Virus record (IMG/VR): IMGVR_UViG_3300017613_002264
Location: 1-64,000 of that record
Origin: a virus
Reading direction: 5' to 3' (one strand)
DNA: 64,000 nt
A program made the translations under genes and the position numbers. Shown here piece after piece: positions 36,933-46,399 of this stretch. Under the pieces are notes generated by a model. It worked only from the letters and a program-made list of their open reading frames with translations, did not search any database and was not told where the DNA came from. Within the stretch, counting starts at the first letter, position 1. The number at the start of each line of letters is the position of its first letter.

Positions 36933-37852
36933 AGTAGTAATCCTCTTATTGAGGAGATTGTTCTCATGTCTTGTTCATTAGGATCTCCTCGGTCTAGTTC
37001 GACAATTTCTACTTCCATAAAAGCAGACAATTTATTAGCGTACCGATACGCCTTTTCAATTGCATCCTCATCAGGTATAATAAAAACTTTTTTAATCCTC
37101 CTTTCTGTGAGTAGTAGTAATTGCTCATCGGTAATTAAAGTTCCAGACGCGCCTATTGCTCCTTTCCCTATACTCCATACATCTGTAACTCCCTCAACTA
37201 TAACGGCTTTGCGACCATGTACATTATCGATATTATAAAATGTACTCTTTATAGGTATGGCCGCTGATTCATTAGGACATGCGAGATATTTCTTCTCGGC
37301 CCTGTTGGTTATGTCTCGAGCAACAAAGTTGACTATATGGCCATTCAGGTAATATGGAATGATGATTCTGAATCGATATTTGCTTGTAGTATACACGGCC
37401 CTGATTTTATACTCATCTTTTAAATGTCTCAATGAGAAACCCCTACTCCTTATATATTTACGATGCGGCTTCGGAAACAAAGAAGAGGAAATGTTGGGGA
37501 GTATGCCTTTTCCGGCTGGAGACCGGCTGGAGGCAGAAGTGTAGGAGGACAAGTCCGTGGAACCACTTCCTAGGGCATACTCCCCGAGGTCTAATTCTTC
37601 TACTACATCTTTCGCATGACCCCAACTGCATTCGAGTATTTCTCTTATCAACTTTACTATACTACCTGTCTCACCACATTTCCAACATGAGAATTTTGTC
37701 TTGTCAGGAGTCACGCCAAGGTGGTTCAAGTCGTCATCGCAAAAAATGCAATTAAGACCAGTCCACCCTTTACTCACATTCTCACCTTCGGTAGAATATT
37801 CAATACCGTTATCTTCAAGCCACTCTATAAAATCTACCATTATTTGATCCAT
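36929..37852 (-). CDS. dnaG: DNA primase (Zn-finger plus TOPRIM)
   Basis: CIFCDDDLNHLGV....KFSCWKCGETG, then VIVEGVTDVWS and FIIPDEDA (TOPRIM E and DxD). Confidence 0.8.
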   Translation of the reverse strand: MDQIMVDFIEWLEDNGIEYSTEGENVSKGWTGLNCIFCDDDLNHLGVTPDKTKFSCWKCGETGSIVKLIREILECSWGHAKDVVEELDLGEYALGSGSTDLSSYTSASSRSPAGKGILPNISSSLFPKPHRKYIRSRGFSLRHLKDEYKIRAVYTTSKYRFRIIIPYYLNGHIVNFVARDITNRAEKKYLACPNESAAIPIKSTFYNIDNVHGRKAVIVEGVTDVWSIGKGAIGASGTLITDEQLLLLTERRIKKVFIIPDEDAIEKAYRYANKLSAFMEVEIVELDRGDPNEQDMRTISSIRGLLL

Positions 37853-39207
37853 CCTTCTCGATAATACACTGCCAACCTTTGAATGGTATGCTCCGCCAAA
37901 TACCGGTACGGGTCAAGGAAGTCTACTACTTCTACTTGTGACTTCTCATCCGTAACCCTAAAACCTCGCCCGATAGCTTGCAATGTCATTATCTCAGATT
38001 TTCCTCCGCAGGCATTTACTACTACGTCAAGCGAAGGTATGTTAATACCCTCACGCCAGACAGCAGTAGATATTACTACTTTTATTTTTTTACTACTCAA
38101 GGCCACCTTTGTCTCCTTGCGTAATACCGACGCCGTTGACCCCTGTACAAATGCAACCTTTACTCGAGCCCGCCTGAGTAGACTTCTTAATATGTCGCCA
38201 TGATCGATATCTTTGATCATTATCAATACCGACTTTTGTTGTTCTACTCGGTTATGGACTATTTGAACTATGCTCCCATTTCTTACCCTACTATTTACGA
38301 TCCCATGAGTATAAAGGTCTCGGTACTTATGATATTGACCGACCATCTTAGTTCTAGCAACCGGAACCAAAGTGATTTTGGGCTCTGCTAATACTTTACT
38401 CTTTATTCCTTCCTTAGTTGTGTACTCATACAATACTGGCCCGATGATTCCCTCAAGTGCCAACTTCTCTTTTCTACCTTCTGGCAGGGTCGCCGTGAAT
38501 CCCAATTTTACAGGAGCCAACATGCTTTGAACTACTTCTCCGAATTGGCAACTCCTCGAGTTTACATGGTGGCACTCATCTACTATCACCATACCGAAGT
38601 AGTCTGAGTAATCCATCGCATTTATTTTTGAAAAAGATTGGATGGTAGACATTATTATATCAGCATTATGATCAATTACTCTACTCATCCCTCCGCCTAT
38701 AATTTGAGGACGCAAGTGTGCCATGTGAATTTGGGATTCTTCAACCATTTGAGCGAGTAGATCTTTGGTATTGCATAGGAATAAAATAGGAGTATTACGA
38801 AAGACAGAACAAGCCGCCAAAATTATGAACGTCTTGCCTGAGCCGGTAGGTGAGAGGATTACTCCTCTTTGTGAAAAGATTATCCTGCGGAGTGATTTGG
38901 TTTGGTACTTTCTAAGAACGATATCCAAATCGTATTTTGAATGTCTCAATTTCTCAATGGGGTTTTTACTCACTGAGTATTTGATCCTTCTTTTATTGAG
39001 GTACTTCTTAACCTTTGGTAGTAGTCCAGTAAGGAACAACCCAGACCGCTTATCTATAAAGGATCTGGTTTTGATACTACTCTTTGTACCGAAGGCCGCG
39101 GCCCGAGTTACAGTTTCCTTAAAGGAAAGGCATTTGTAAATCTCGGACCGCAGGCTTTTGTCGGCGCGACAGTGTACGGTGTCTAGTATTTCTATTTTCG
39201 ATTTCAT
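37840..39207 (-). CDS. superfamily-2 DEAD/DEAH-box helicase
   Basis: LSPTGSGKTF (I), VIVDECHH (II), GFTATLP (III) and QAIGRGFR (VI). Confidence 0.85.
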   Translation of the reverse strand: MKSKIEILDTVHCRADKSLRSEIYKCLSFKETVTRAAAFGTKSSIKTRSFIDKRSGLFLTGLLPKVKKYLNKRRIKYSVSKNPIEKLRHSKYDLDIVLRKYQTKSLRRIIFSQRGVILSPTGSGKTFIILAACSVFRNTPILFLCNTKDLLAQMVEESQIHMAHLRPQIIGGGMSRVIDHNADIIMSTIQSFSKINAMDYSDYFGMVIVDECHHVNSRSCQFGEVVQSMLAPVKLGFTATLPEGRKEKLALEGIIGPVLYEYTTKEGIKSKVLAEPKITLVPVARTKMVGQYHKYRDLYTHGIVNSRVRNGSIVQIVHNRVEQQKSVLIMIKDIDHGDILRSLLRRARVKVAFVQGSTASVLRKETKVALSSKKIKVVISTAVWREGINIPSLDVVVNACGGKSEIMTLQAIGRGFRVTDEKSQVEVVDFLDPYRYLAEHTIQRLAVYYREGWIK

Positions 39208-39240
39208 GCTTTCATTATAACAGAATTTAATGTGAAATTG

Positions 39241-39657
39241 TTAATTAATTTTTTTGATGTATCCATTTAATTCGCTGAACACTTTCCTCACTTTTAATCT
39301 ACTACCCCACTTCTTACGAAAGAATTTCTTTATGAAATATGTATGGTCGTTTTTCCTTCTTCGTATAAGCCCAGTTTTAACGGATATACAGGCATTTACG
39401 AAATCCACAGGCGAATTGAGTATTGTCGAAATCACTTCTTTTGCTTCGTCTGAGAGTTTGTTATAAGTGTCATTTTTAATGACCGCTTCTTCGGGATTTA
39501 CTACATCGTCAGATATAATATCGTAGTCGTCTAGAATTTCTACTCCTCCCTCCTTTATTATCATCCAAGCGGAGAAAAGGTCACTATCGTCTAAATCCCT
39601 TTTTGCCCTTTGTCTTCTTAACTTTACCATCTTACGGGATCTTTTTAATTTTCTCAT
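39241..39657 (-). CDS. hypothetical protein
   Basis: 138-aa ORF with no named motif. Confidence 0.4.
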   Translation of the reverse strand: MRKLKRSRKMVKLRRQRAKRDLDDSDLFSAWMIIKEGGVEILDDYDIISDDVVNPEEAVIKNDTYNKLSDEAKEVISTILNSPVDFVNACISVKTGLIRRRKNDHTYFIKKFFRKKWGSRLKVRKVFSELNGYIKKIN

Positions 39658-39658
39658 G

Positions 39659-40168
39659 TCATGACGCCCTCCTTAAACGCTTAGGTTTTTTAAGGGACGT
39701 TCTACTAATTACTCTTTTTGGTTTTACGGATTTACTTATTTTTTTCAACTTCTTTGTAGCGGGTTTTCTCGTTAACTTCTTCGTTTTCTTTTTCCTCGTC
39801 AAAGCCTTTGTAGTCGGGGCCTTGGCGAAATGTTCTTCGGAATAACGAATTACTCTATCAATATGAAAATGTTGTCGGTCGCAACTACTACATTTTAATT
39901 TTTTAAATGTTTCCATCATGCCACTTGAACGTCTATTCTCGCACTCATTGAGTGTTATCCAATACTCACACTCATCGCACCAGAACCATTTGGCAGGGCG
40001 GAACTTCTTGCAACCTTTGTCTCTACTATCGACCCATTTGGCTTTAGGTCTACAATACCGTAATACTTTTTTAGGGTCTCGGATCTTTGCTTTTTTATGA
40101 CCGACACAATACCGACAAAATAATGTACTCGGTTTTACTTCAATTTTCCCTCTACTGATTTGTTTCAT
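39659..40168 (-). CDS. hypothetical Cys-rich protein with basic tail
   Basis: 169 aa with several CxxC pairs and a K/R-rich C-terminus. First gene downstream of hairpin copy 1. Confidence 0.45.
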   Translation of the reverse strand: MKQISRGKIEVKPSTLFCRYCVGHKKAKIRDPKKVLRYCRPKAKWVDSRDKGCKKFRPAKWFWCDECEYWITLNECENRRSSGMMETFKKLKCSSCDRQHFHIDRVIRYSEEHFAKAPTTKALTRKKKTKKLTRKPATKKLKKISKSVKPKRVISRTSLKKPKRLRRAS

Positions 40169-40221
40169 GTTTCCTCCTCGGTCTAAATTGTTAATATAAA
40201 ACTACTACATAAGTATAATCT

Positions 40222-40264
40222 CCAATGAGTACTACGAATGATTACTCACTCGTAGTACCGATGA
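40222..40264 (-). repeat. intergenic hairpin element, copy 1
   Basis: + strand: CCAATGA GTACTACGA atgattactcac TCGTAGTAC CGATGA. Lies 3 nt downstream of the stop at 40268. Confidence 0.9.
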
Positions 40265-40267
40265 TAA

Positions 40268-40510
40268 TTATACCTCAACTACTCGGCCCTGATGATCATC
40301 ACCATAAAACCCTCGAATAACTTCACGGTAGCAAATGTCTATCATCCGTTCAGCTTCTTCCTTTGTCTCATACTCATAAGGTTTTTCGTCTTTACCATTG
40401 GGCTTAATACTCACCCACTCATTGTTCGTGTTAGGTGTCTTCAACTGCATTTGCCATGCCATATAATACCTCCTTACATCCTTATGATATTGATTTCCGC
40501 CATTCCCCAC
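40268..40510 (-). CDS. hypothetical protein
   Basis: 80-aa ORF. The stop is followed 3 nt later by hairpin copy 1. Confidence 0.45.
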   Translation of the reverse strand: MGNGGNQYHKDVRRYYMAWQMQLKTPNTNNEWVSIKPNGKDEKPYEYETKEEAERMIDICYREVIRGFYGDDHQGRVVEV

Positions 40511-40698
40511 TTCTCGGGAACTCCCATTCCTTCAGGAACCGGCTCAATGCATTCCATTCCTACATTGCCACAAACAGTACAAATACAATAAATATCGCCC
40601 CAGTGATTTGTTCCTGTTTCTATTTCATTTCGACAATACTCATTTTTACATCTATAGGGCTTGATTGAGTATTTGCCTGTGACTGGTTTACTCGCCAT
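40474..40698 (-). CDS. hypothetical Cys-rich protein
   Basis: I prefer the ATG at 40698 (MASKPV..), which has GGGAGGTGA upstream, over the track start at 40782. Contains CKNEYC...CICTVC. Confidence 0.4.
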   Translation of the reverse strand: MASKPVTGKYSIKPYRCKNEYCRNEIETGTNHWGDIYCICTVCGNVGMECIEPVPEGMGVPEKWGMAEINIIRM

Positions 40699-41029
40699 CT
40701 TCGTCACCTCCCTGTATACTTTTAATTTTAGGGATAATACAATCCGACGTGTGTTCAGGATTCGCTTCTGTCCATTGACCACAATACCAACATTTATCTG
40801 CGATCAATGAGAAGTTCAAAACCTTATCGAGAATGTCTTCTACTTCGCCAAAGCCTTTCATTTTCAACATCCGATAGGCCTTGTTCGCAAAGTCGAAAAA
40901 CTCCCATTCCGTTTTACTCAGAAAGTTTTGACCATAACGATTAATTTGAAAAGTGTAATAGTCACTGTCATGGGCGACCGCCTTAATAAAACTAAATGGG
41001 TCTTCTACTTGTCGTGCTCTTCTAAACAT
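40688..41029 (-). CDS. hypothetical protein
   Basis: 113-aa ORF with AAGGAGGACAACATG start context downstream of hairpin copy 2. Confidence 0.45.
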   Translation of the reverse strand: MFRRARQVEDPFSFIKAVAHDSDYYTFQINRYGQNFLSKTEWEFFDFANKAYRMLKMKGFGEVEDILDKVLNFSLIADKCWYCGQWTEANPEHTSDCIIPKIKSIQGGDEDGE

Positions 41030-41076
41030 GTTGTCCTCCTTGGTTTAAGTTAACTACTTTACTACTCGGTAAGCCT

Positions 41077-41119
41077 CCAATGAGTACTACGAATGATTAC
41101 TCACTCGTAGTACCGATGA
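41077..41119 (-). repeat. intergenic hairpin element, copy 2
   Basis: Core identical to copy 1. Lies 4 nt downstream of the stop at 41124. Confidence 0.9.
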
Positions 41120-41123
41120 GGGT

Positions 41124-41366
41124 TTACTTCCATGCTTTAGGGATCATCAAGTCTTCCGCCATGTGCATGAACTTTGTTCCTTGTGCGTTCATGAGTATTC
41201 GGCCTTTTGGATTTACTACTTTGTGCGGGCCATAAGCACAACCGACCGAAACATGTTCATCTGTCAGGTATCGGCCTTGTAGAAATACTACATCGCCTTC
41301 TTCTACTTTTTTCCATTTGAGATGTTTGAATCCTTTTACTTTAATCTTCTCACCCATAATACTCAT
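41124..41366 (-). CDS. hypothetical protein
   Basis: 80-aa ORF. The stop is followed 4 nt later by hairpin copy 2. Confidence 0.45.
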   Translation of the reverse strand: MSIMGEKIKVKGFKHLKWKKVEEGDVVFLQGRYLTDEHVSVGCAYGPHKVVNPKGRILMNAQGTKFMHMAEDLMIPKAWK

Positions 41367-41611
41367 CTCCTTTTTGGTACGGGTTGAATGAGGAAATATC
41401 TCCCCTCATTATTATTAAGTGCATAATACCCTTTACTCGGTTTGTCCGGCTCGCCGATGAATATCTCGCCTTCTTCTATCTTTCGTCTTACCAGATTAAT
41501 AACTTCAAATTGATCTAGTTCGGTCTCATACCTTTGATAATACTGAGCCGCGGCAATAAAAGAAACAAAGTACGGCGATCCTGAAATAACCCTTCTACTC
41601 ACTAGTGGCAT
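41363..41611 (-). CDS. hypothetical protein
   Basis: 82-aa ORF with ATGA-type overlap with the next gene. Confidence 0.45.
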   Translation of the reverse strand: MPLVSRRVISGSPYFVSFIAAAQYYQRYETELDQFEVINLVRRKIEEGEIFIGEPDKPSKGYYALNNNEGRYFLIQPVPKRR

Positions 41612-41634
41612 TTTTATTCTCCTTTATAGAGGTT

Positions 41635-41988
41635 TTACCTAGATAATACCATCTCGCCAGTTATATCATTTTCCCACAACTTAGCATCTAGTTCCGCAGA
41701 AACGTAATTAATATCTTTCTGCTCAATACCCCATAAGGCGCAAGCCTCATTTAAAGTAAATCGATCATTTGAAGGGTTTTTATCTACTACTTTACTCAAT
41801 ACGTTTATGAACTCCAACGCCATCGCGGTTGTCATGCAAACAGAAAGATATCTGTCGTTTCCGGTTCTTTGGAACTCCATACGAATCAAGTCAGTTCCTT
41901 CTACTCGATCAATTCTTCCTTCACCCATTTTGTGCATAGGATCTGAGTGAGTAGTCGCAATACCAGTACTGATTTTTTTCACGATCAT
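41635..41988 (-). CDS. hypothetical protein
   Basis: 117-aa ORF with AAGGAGGACAAAATG start context downstream of hairpin copy 3. Confidence 0.45.
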   Translation of the reverse strand: MIVKKISTGIATTHSDPMHKMGEGRIDRVEGTDLIRMEFQRTGNDRYLSVCMTTAMALEFINVLSKVVDKNPSNDRFTLNEACALWGIEQKDINYVSAELDAKLWENDITGEMVLSR

Positions 41989-42035
41989 TTTGTCCTCCTT
42001 GGTTGTGGTTGTTATTGTACTACTTGGTTAAGCCT

Positions 42036-42078
42036 CCAATGAGTACTGCAGACGATTACTCATCTGCAGTACCGATGA
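42036..42078 (-). repeat. intergenic hairpin element, copy 3 (compensated stem)
   Basis: CCAATGA GTACTGCAGA cgattactca TCTGCAGTAC CGATGA. Both arms are changed together. Lies 4 nt downstream of the stop at 42083. Confidence 0.9.
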
Positions 42079-42082
42079 GGGT

Positions 42083-44740
42083 TTAACTCAGTACCGCCTT
42101 GGCGTTCTTCTTAATTGTTTTCGCTATTGAAGGAGTCAGCACCTTGCAAAGATCCTTAAGTTTGGCCTTCGCTATAATACCGATTGTTGTGAATCCCTTA
42201 TTATAAAGAGCAATTGCTCTTTTCCCGCCGACCATTTTGATTTTGGTCAAAGGAACAATTTCCTCGGAAACGCCATACTTAAATCTCAATGGCAATGTCT
42301 CCCAGATTTCACTTTCCCACAAAGCGTATTGAGTATCGATCAATTTGAGTGCTTGATTTATTCGTTGGATATCCCATATCAATTGACGTTGGAGACCCTT
42401 CAAAACATCAGGCACTTTCTCTTTTCCAGTGAGTGAGTAATGTAAAGCAATTGCTCCGCGCACTGAATTAATACTCGGGCGAATATCGAAGTCATTTGTC
42501 ATTGTACTCACAAAGTCACTGACCTCATTATATATTTGTTTTTGTTCGTATGGCAAGGCGTTCATGGGAACGTCGCCAACTGCCCAAGCGAGTAAAGCAT
42601 CATTCGTTTTGTCTACGTTAAAAACTTTATCGAAGTTTTTATACCACGCATAGACATCTGAGGGATGGAAGTAAAGCCAAGCACAGACCCGGCCTAGGCC
42701 GGTCGGGCTTATACGAAGACCATCGCCTTCGATCATTTCCATCTCACTGTATGAATTGAGTAGATGCTCACCTTGTTCTTTACTCATTGAGTTTTCCCCG
42801 GCCTGTAACGATGCCAGACTTCTGCCGTACCATTGGAGAAGTGAAAGGCTATCTTGAATTGTCTTTGTCTCAATTTCGGCAATGACATGGAACGGCATAA
42901 AATTATCTAGCACTGATAATACCGGCCTTGGGTTTGCAAACTTGTCTCGCCATGTAGATGTCTCATATGGCGGGATGAGAAGATAAACAAAACCTTCTTC
43001 GTCAATACCATAACGGCCCGCACGTCCGGCCATTTGTATGATATCAAGTTCGTCTACTTCGTTAATACCACGATGTATTCCTACTATGATAACGTTTCTA
43101 GCAGGAAGGTTTCTTCCCCATGCCAAAGTAGAAGTACTCACAAGAATTCTGATACCATTTTCTCGATCAGAAAACTTTCCTTCTACTTCCAACCTATCGG
43201 CAAGTTCAAGGTCGGCAGAATGAAAGTGAGCATTTTCACCTTCTTCCTGCAACCGCTTGACAAGACGACGGCCGGAACCTTTGTCATGTACGAAGATAAG
43301 GAACTTCTCTTTTGGTTTACTCATTGCAATTGCTATCGATGAATTTATTTTAACTGCCTGAGTTGCCCAGTAATCTTCCTGGCCACTTCCATAATACGCC
43401 GGAGTATACTCAACAAAATTATAATTGAGTTCAACCGGCCGCCATGTAGAAAAGACTACTCGTGTAGCTTTACCGTTCAACTGTTCGAGCCATGTTGCCA
43501 ACTCATTACAGTTGGGCATTGTAGCAGACAAGAAAAGTATTCGCGCCTTTTTATTAATAGAGGTAAATCTCATAATACCGGTCTCAACGGCATGACCTCG
43601 ATCAGTAGTGAGTATATGACTTTCGTCAACTACTACAAGCCCGGTTTGTTTGAGCCAGTAGTTTTTCTCAGACTTCATACGTCGAGTCCTTGAGTCGCAC
43701 ATTTCAGAAGTCATAACAATAATATGAGCATTTGAAAGTTCCTTCATTCGCTTTTCAGATAAAGTATAATCACCAGTGAGTATACTTATATTGTAATCAG
43801 CAAACCGAATCTTCCAATCCTCATATTTTTCCTGAGTCAAGGCCTTGAGTGGAGACAAGTAAATTACTCGCTTACCTTTACTCAAAGTCGCATCCATCAA
43901 TAGCTCCGCACATACAGTTTTACCGGCAGAAGTATTTGCTCCGATTATAAGATTGCCGTCCTCATTTGCATAAGGTAGTACCTCAGACTGAACCGGGTTG
44001 AATTTAGGAAATGAGTATTTGAATGGTTTGTACTTTTTGGTACTAACCAGTTTAATATCATTTGATTCATTTACTACCGGCTCATTGATTATATCCCTCA
44101 TTTCTTCGATGGATCTTCTTTCTTCTTCTTCAGTGAGTATTTCTTCTTCGGCTTCAGTGAGTATTTCTTCTTCGGCCGATCTATCAACCCACTCATCTTT
44201 AAAATAAGGATCATGTTTAAGTACCGTTGCTTCAAAAGTATTACGTCCCTTGGGATTCTTCTCGCCCAATACCCACGCCAACTGTTTATCAGAAAGAGTA
44301 TTACGTTCTTCTACTTGTTCAAGTAGAGAAGTTGCAAACTCAGACCAGTTAACAGCATCATGAGAAAGAATCGCCTTAACGTATGGAATATCAATGTCTA
44401 TAATTTCCAGAATATGGGCTTGATTATAGAACTCATCAATACGAGACTTGAGACGTTCGCCAATTGAAGTGGCTCCTTCTACTCGGAGTATCTTCTTGCC
44501 TTTACCAATAGGTCTATTGTTTACCTTATCCCAAAATACTACTCGGATAGCATCACTGCCAATCCGCCGGGTTACACCGGTTCTAATGTCGATAGTTGAG
44601 TAAACGCGAACGTCTACTTTATCGGAATTACTCGGTGTTTGATAAACAACTTCCTTGCAGTTAGGAACTTCTACTACATAAAAATTACGCGGCAGATGGT
44701 TCTCGAACTGCTCCTGTGTTAGTGTTACGAAGTTACTCAT
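42083..44740 (-). CDS. Ski2/Hel308-like superfamily-2 helicase with unassigned ~230-aa N-terminal extension
   Basis: GANTSAGKT (I), VVDESHIL (II), LSATMPN (III), TSTLAWGRNLPA (V) and MAGRAGRYG (VI). Confidence 0.8.
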   Translation of the reverse strand: MSNFVTLTQEQFENHLPRNFYVVEVPNCKEVVYQTPSNSDKVDVRVYSTIDIRTGVTRRIGSDAIRVVFWDKVNNRPIGKGKKILRVEGATSIGERLKSRIDEFYNQAHILEIIDIDIPYVKAILSHDAVNWSEFATSLLEQVEERNTLSDKQLAWVLGEKNPKGRNTFEATVLKHDPYFKDEWVDRSAEEEILTEAEEEILTEEEERRSIEEMRDIINEPVVNESNDIKLVSTKKYKPFKYSFPKFNPVQSEVLPYANEDGNLIIGANTSAGKTVCAELLMDATLSKGKRVIYLSPLKALTQEKYEDWKIRFADYNISILTGDYTLSEKRMKELSNAHIIVMTSEMCDSRTRRMKSEKNYWLKQTGLVVVDESHILTTDRGHAVETGIMRFTSINKKARILFLSATMPNCNELATWLEQLNGKATRVVFSTWRPVELNYNFVEYTPAYYGSGQEDYWATQAVKINSSIAIAMSKPKEKFLIFVHDKGSGRRLVKRLQEEGENAHFHSADLELADRLEVEGKFSDRENGIRILVSTSTLAWGRNLPARNVIIVGIHRGINEVDELDIIQMAGRAGRYGIDEEGFVYLLIPPYETSTWRDKFANPRPVLSVLDNFMPFHVIAEIETKTIQDSLSLLQWYGRSLASLQAGENSMSKEQGEHLLNSYSEMEMIEGDGLRISPTGLGRVCAWLYFHPSDVYAWYKNFDKVFNVDKTNDALLAWAVGDVPMNALPYEQKQIYNEVSDFVSTMTNDFDIRPSINSVRGAIALHYSLTGKEKVPDVLKGLQRQLIWDIQRINQALKLIDTQYALWESEIWETLPLRFKYGVSEEIVPLTKIKMVGGKRAIALYNKGFTTIGIIAKAKLKDLCKVLTPSIAKTIKKNAKAVLS
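44129..44176 (-). repeat. perfect 24-bp tandem duplication inside the Ski2-like helicase gene
   Basis: TTCAGTGAGTATTTCTTCTTCGGC twice (44129-44152 and 44153-44176). Encodes AEEEILTE twice. Confidence 0.9.
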
Positions 44741-44807
44741 TTTGTCCTCCTTGTTGTTGTTTTAATTAAACTTCCTCCCAATTATAACGCCTTTCACAAT
44801 TGAATCT

Positions 44808-44850
44808 CCAATGAGTACTACGAGCAATTACTCACTCGTAGTACCGATGA
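44808..44850 (-). repeat. intergenic hairpin element, copy 4
   Basis: CCAATGA GTACTACGA gcaattactcac TCGTAGTAC CGATGA. Lies 8 nt downstream of the stop at 44859. Confidence 0.9.
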
Positions 44851-44858
44851 TGATTCAA

Positions 44859-45248
44859 CTACTCAATATCATCTGTGCTGTGAAAAGATACTCGGTTCCA
44901 CTTCCGAGTAGTCTTCTTCGCCATGCTTTCAAACACGGCATCGCCCAACTCAGAACGGGCCTTGGTATTACTCACTGAAGCAAGCAGACCAAATTTCTTT
45001 GGCCCGACTTTCTTCTTCAGTTTCGCAGGGGAAAGAGTAAAAACATCTACGTCCTCAATTACTACGCATGATTTATTATACCCTTTGATAAACCCCTTTT
45101 CTGTTGCTTCAGCGTGGGTTCTCAAATCAGTTTTGATTTCGTCCAGTCTGGCAGTGAGGTCTTTAATATGGCCGGCGAGTTCCTTGCCTTCCGTAACTAA
45201 TTCTCTCACGCCCCGAATTCGTTTGAGTAATCTTTTTTTCTTAGGCAT
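44859..45248 (-). CDS. hypothetical protein
   Basis: 129-aa ORF whose start overlaps the end of the upstream GGCT gene and which lies just upstream of hairpin copy 4. No named motif. Confidence 0.45.
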   Translation of the reverse strand: MPKKKRLLKRIRGVRELVTEGKELAGHIKDLTARLDEIKTDLRTHAEATEKGFIKGYNKSCVVIEDVDVFTLSPAKLKKKVGPKKFGLLASVSNTKARSELGDAVFESMAKKTTRKWNRVSFHSTDDIE

Positions 45249-45654
45249 TGTTTTGTCTCCTTGTTTCTTTGTTCCATTCCTCTACTACTACAGCATTTTC
45301 AGGAATGGTGAAGTTAAAAACATACGTCCATGCTTTTGTCTCATCTACTACTATCTGGATTCGGTGATAAAAACTACCTTTCAAATCTTCCGGATTGTAT
45401 CCTTCGAGCCTGTCGCACTTTCTCAATGTCTCATCGATATCACTCACTTTCATGAGTTCTCCGATTACTCGATCTTTGCCTTTGGTCAATACCATTGCAG
45501 GGAACGGCCCGAGGTCGAAAAGTCTCGCGCCGAAGAAAATGCTTCTGGTAATTGTCTCAGTCAAGTTTTTCAAAAGGTACTCATAATTTGAAAATCCTTT
45601 TTTGAGCGTGCCATAGACAAAGATGTAGCCTGATTTTTTCTCCTCGTTGTTCAT
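45241..45654 (-). CDS. gamma-glutamylcyclotransferase (GGCT/AIG2-like)
   Basis: YIFVYGTLKKG, GPFPAMV, VIGEL and CDRLEGY. Confidence 0.8.
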   Translation of the reverse strand: MNNEEKKSGYIFVYGTLKKGFSNYEYLLKNLTETITRSIFFGARLFDLGPFPAMVLTKGKDRVIGELMKVSDIDETLRKCDRLEGYNPEDLKGSFYHRIQIVVDETKAWTYVFNFTIPENAVVVEEWNKETRRQNNA

Positions 45655-45700
45655 GTTGTCCTCCTAGTTGTGGTTAATAATGTACTACATGGTTAAATCT

Positions 45701-45742
45701 CCAATGAGTACTACGAGTAATTACTACTCGTAGTACCGATGA
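45701..45742 (-). repeat. intergenic hairpin element, copy 5 (extended stem)
   Basis: CCAATGA GTACTACGAGTA attac TACTCGTAGTAC CGATGA, a 12-bp stem. Lies 4 nt downstream of the stop at 45747. Confidence 0.9.
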
Positions 45743-45746
45743 TGAT

Positions 45747-46301
45747 TTAACTATTTAGAATCGCGTCAATGTCTTCTTGGCGCGGTCTATGGCGAATCAA
45801 CGTATGCTTTGAATGATCCAACTTCGCGAACTGTTTTGGAAATACTCTTTTGAAAAGATTGATTGACCATCTACAGGTCTGTTTCTCATTCTTTCCTAGA
45901 GCATGGCCAAATTCATGTAGAAAAGTAATTATGGAAAGATTACCACTCATAATTATTTCGTGCAACGCCGGGACATAACAACTCGATCCTGACTGGTTCA
46001 TTTTTGTCTCACGCACTGTCGCGTCAAGATCAATACCGCCACCGCTAATACTCGGTACTTCTATATCATACAGTGGTGAAAGTTCCTGAGCGAGTACAGT
46101 GAGACCTTCTAACCTTTGCCGATTTGTTTTACTACCCCATAGTTTTTTATCTCGCCATCGTTTGAGTGCGGGAATTACTCCCAACCGATACTTAATACCA
46201 TCATCGATTGATTCTTCAACCGTTTCAGGGTACGCGTTATCATTACTCATTGATGGAATGATAGATCTAACTATAGCGTCATTGTTTTCTGAATTACTCA
46301 T
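45747..46301 (-). CDS. putative zinc metallopeptidase (HExxH)
   Basis: FLHEFGHALG. I prefer the ATG at 46301, which has AGGAGGACAAAAAATG context, over the track start at 46364. Confidence 0.45.
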   Translation of the reverse strand: MSNSENNDAIVRSIIPSMSNDNAYPETVEESIDDGIKYRLGVIPALKRWRDKKLWGSKTNRQRLEGLTVLAQELSPLYDIEVPSISGGGIDLDATVRETKMNQSGSSCYVPALHEIIMSGNLSIITFLHEFGHALGKNEKQTCRWSINLFKRVFPKQFAKLDHSKHTLIRHRPRQEDIDAILNS

Positions 46302-46350
46302 TTTTTGTCCTCCTATTGGTTGTTGATTTGTTTTGCATACGTTTGATCCT

Positions 46351-46388
46351 CCAATGAGCCCCATGAGTAATACTCATGAGGCCGATGA
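46351..46388 (-). repeat. intergenic hairpin element, copy 6 (different stem, same flanks)
   Basis: CCAATGA GCCCCATGAGTA a TACTCATGAGGC CGATGA. The stem sequence is replaced but still self-complementary, with one mismatch. Confidence 0.8.
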
Positions 46389-46399
46389 TAAATCAAACT

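Noticed and set aside
44923-45591. 222-aa + strand ORF
   Set aside because: It runs antisense across two well-supported - strand genes and their junction. It is Ser/Phe/Leu-rich and low in complexity, with no RBS.
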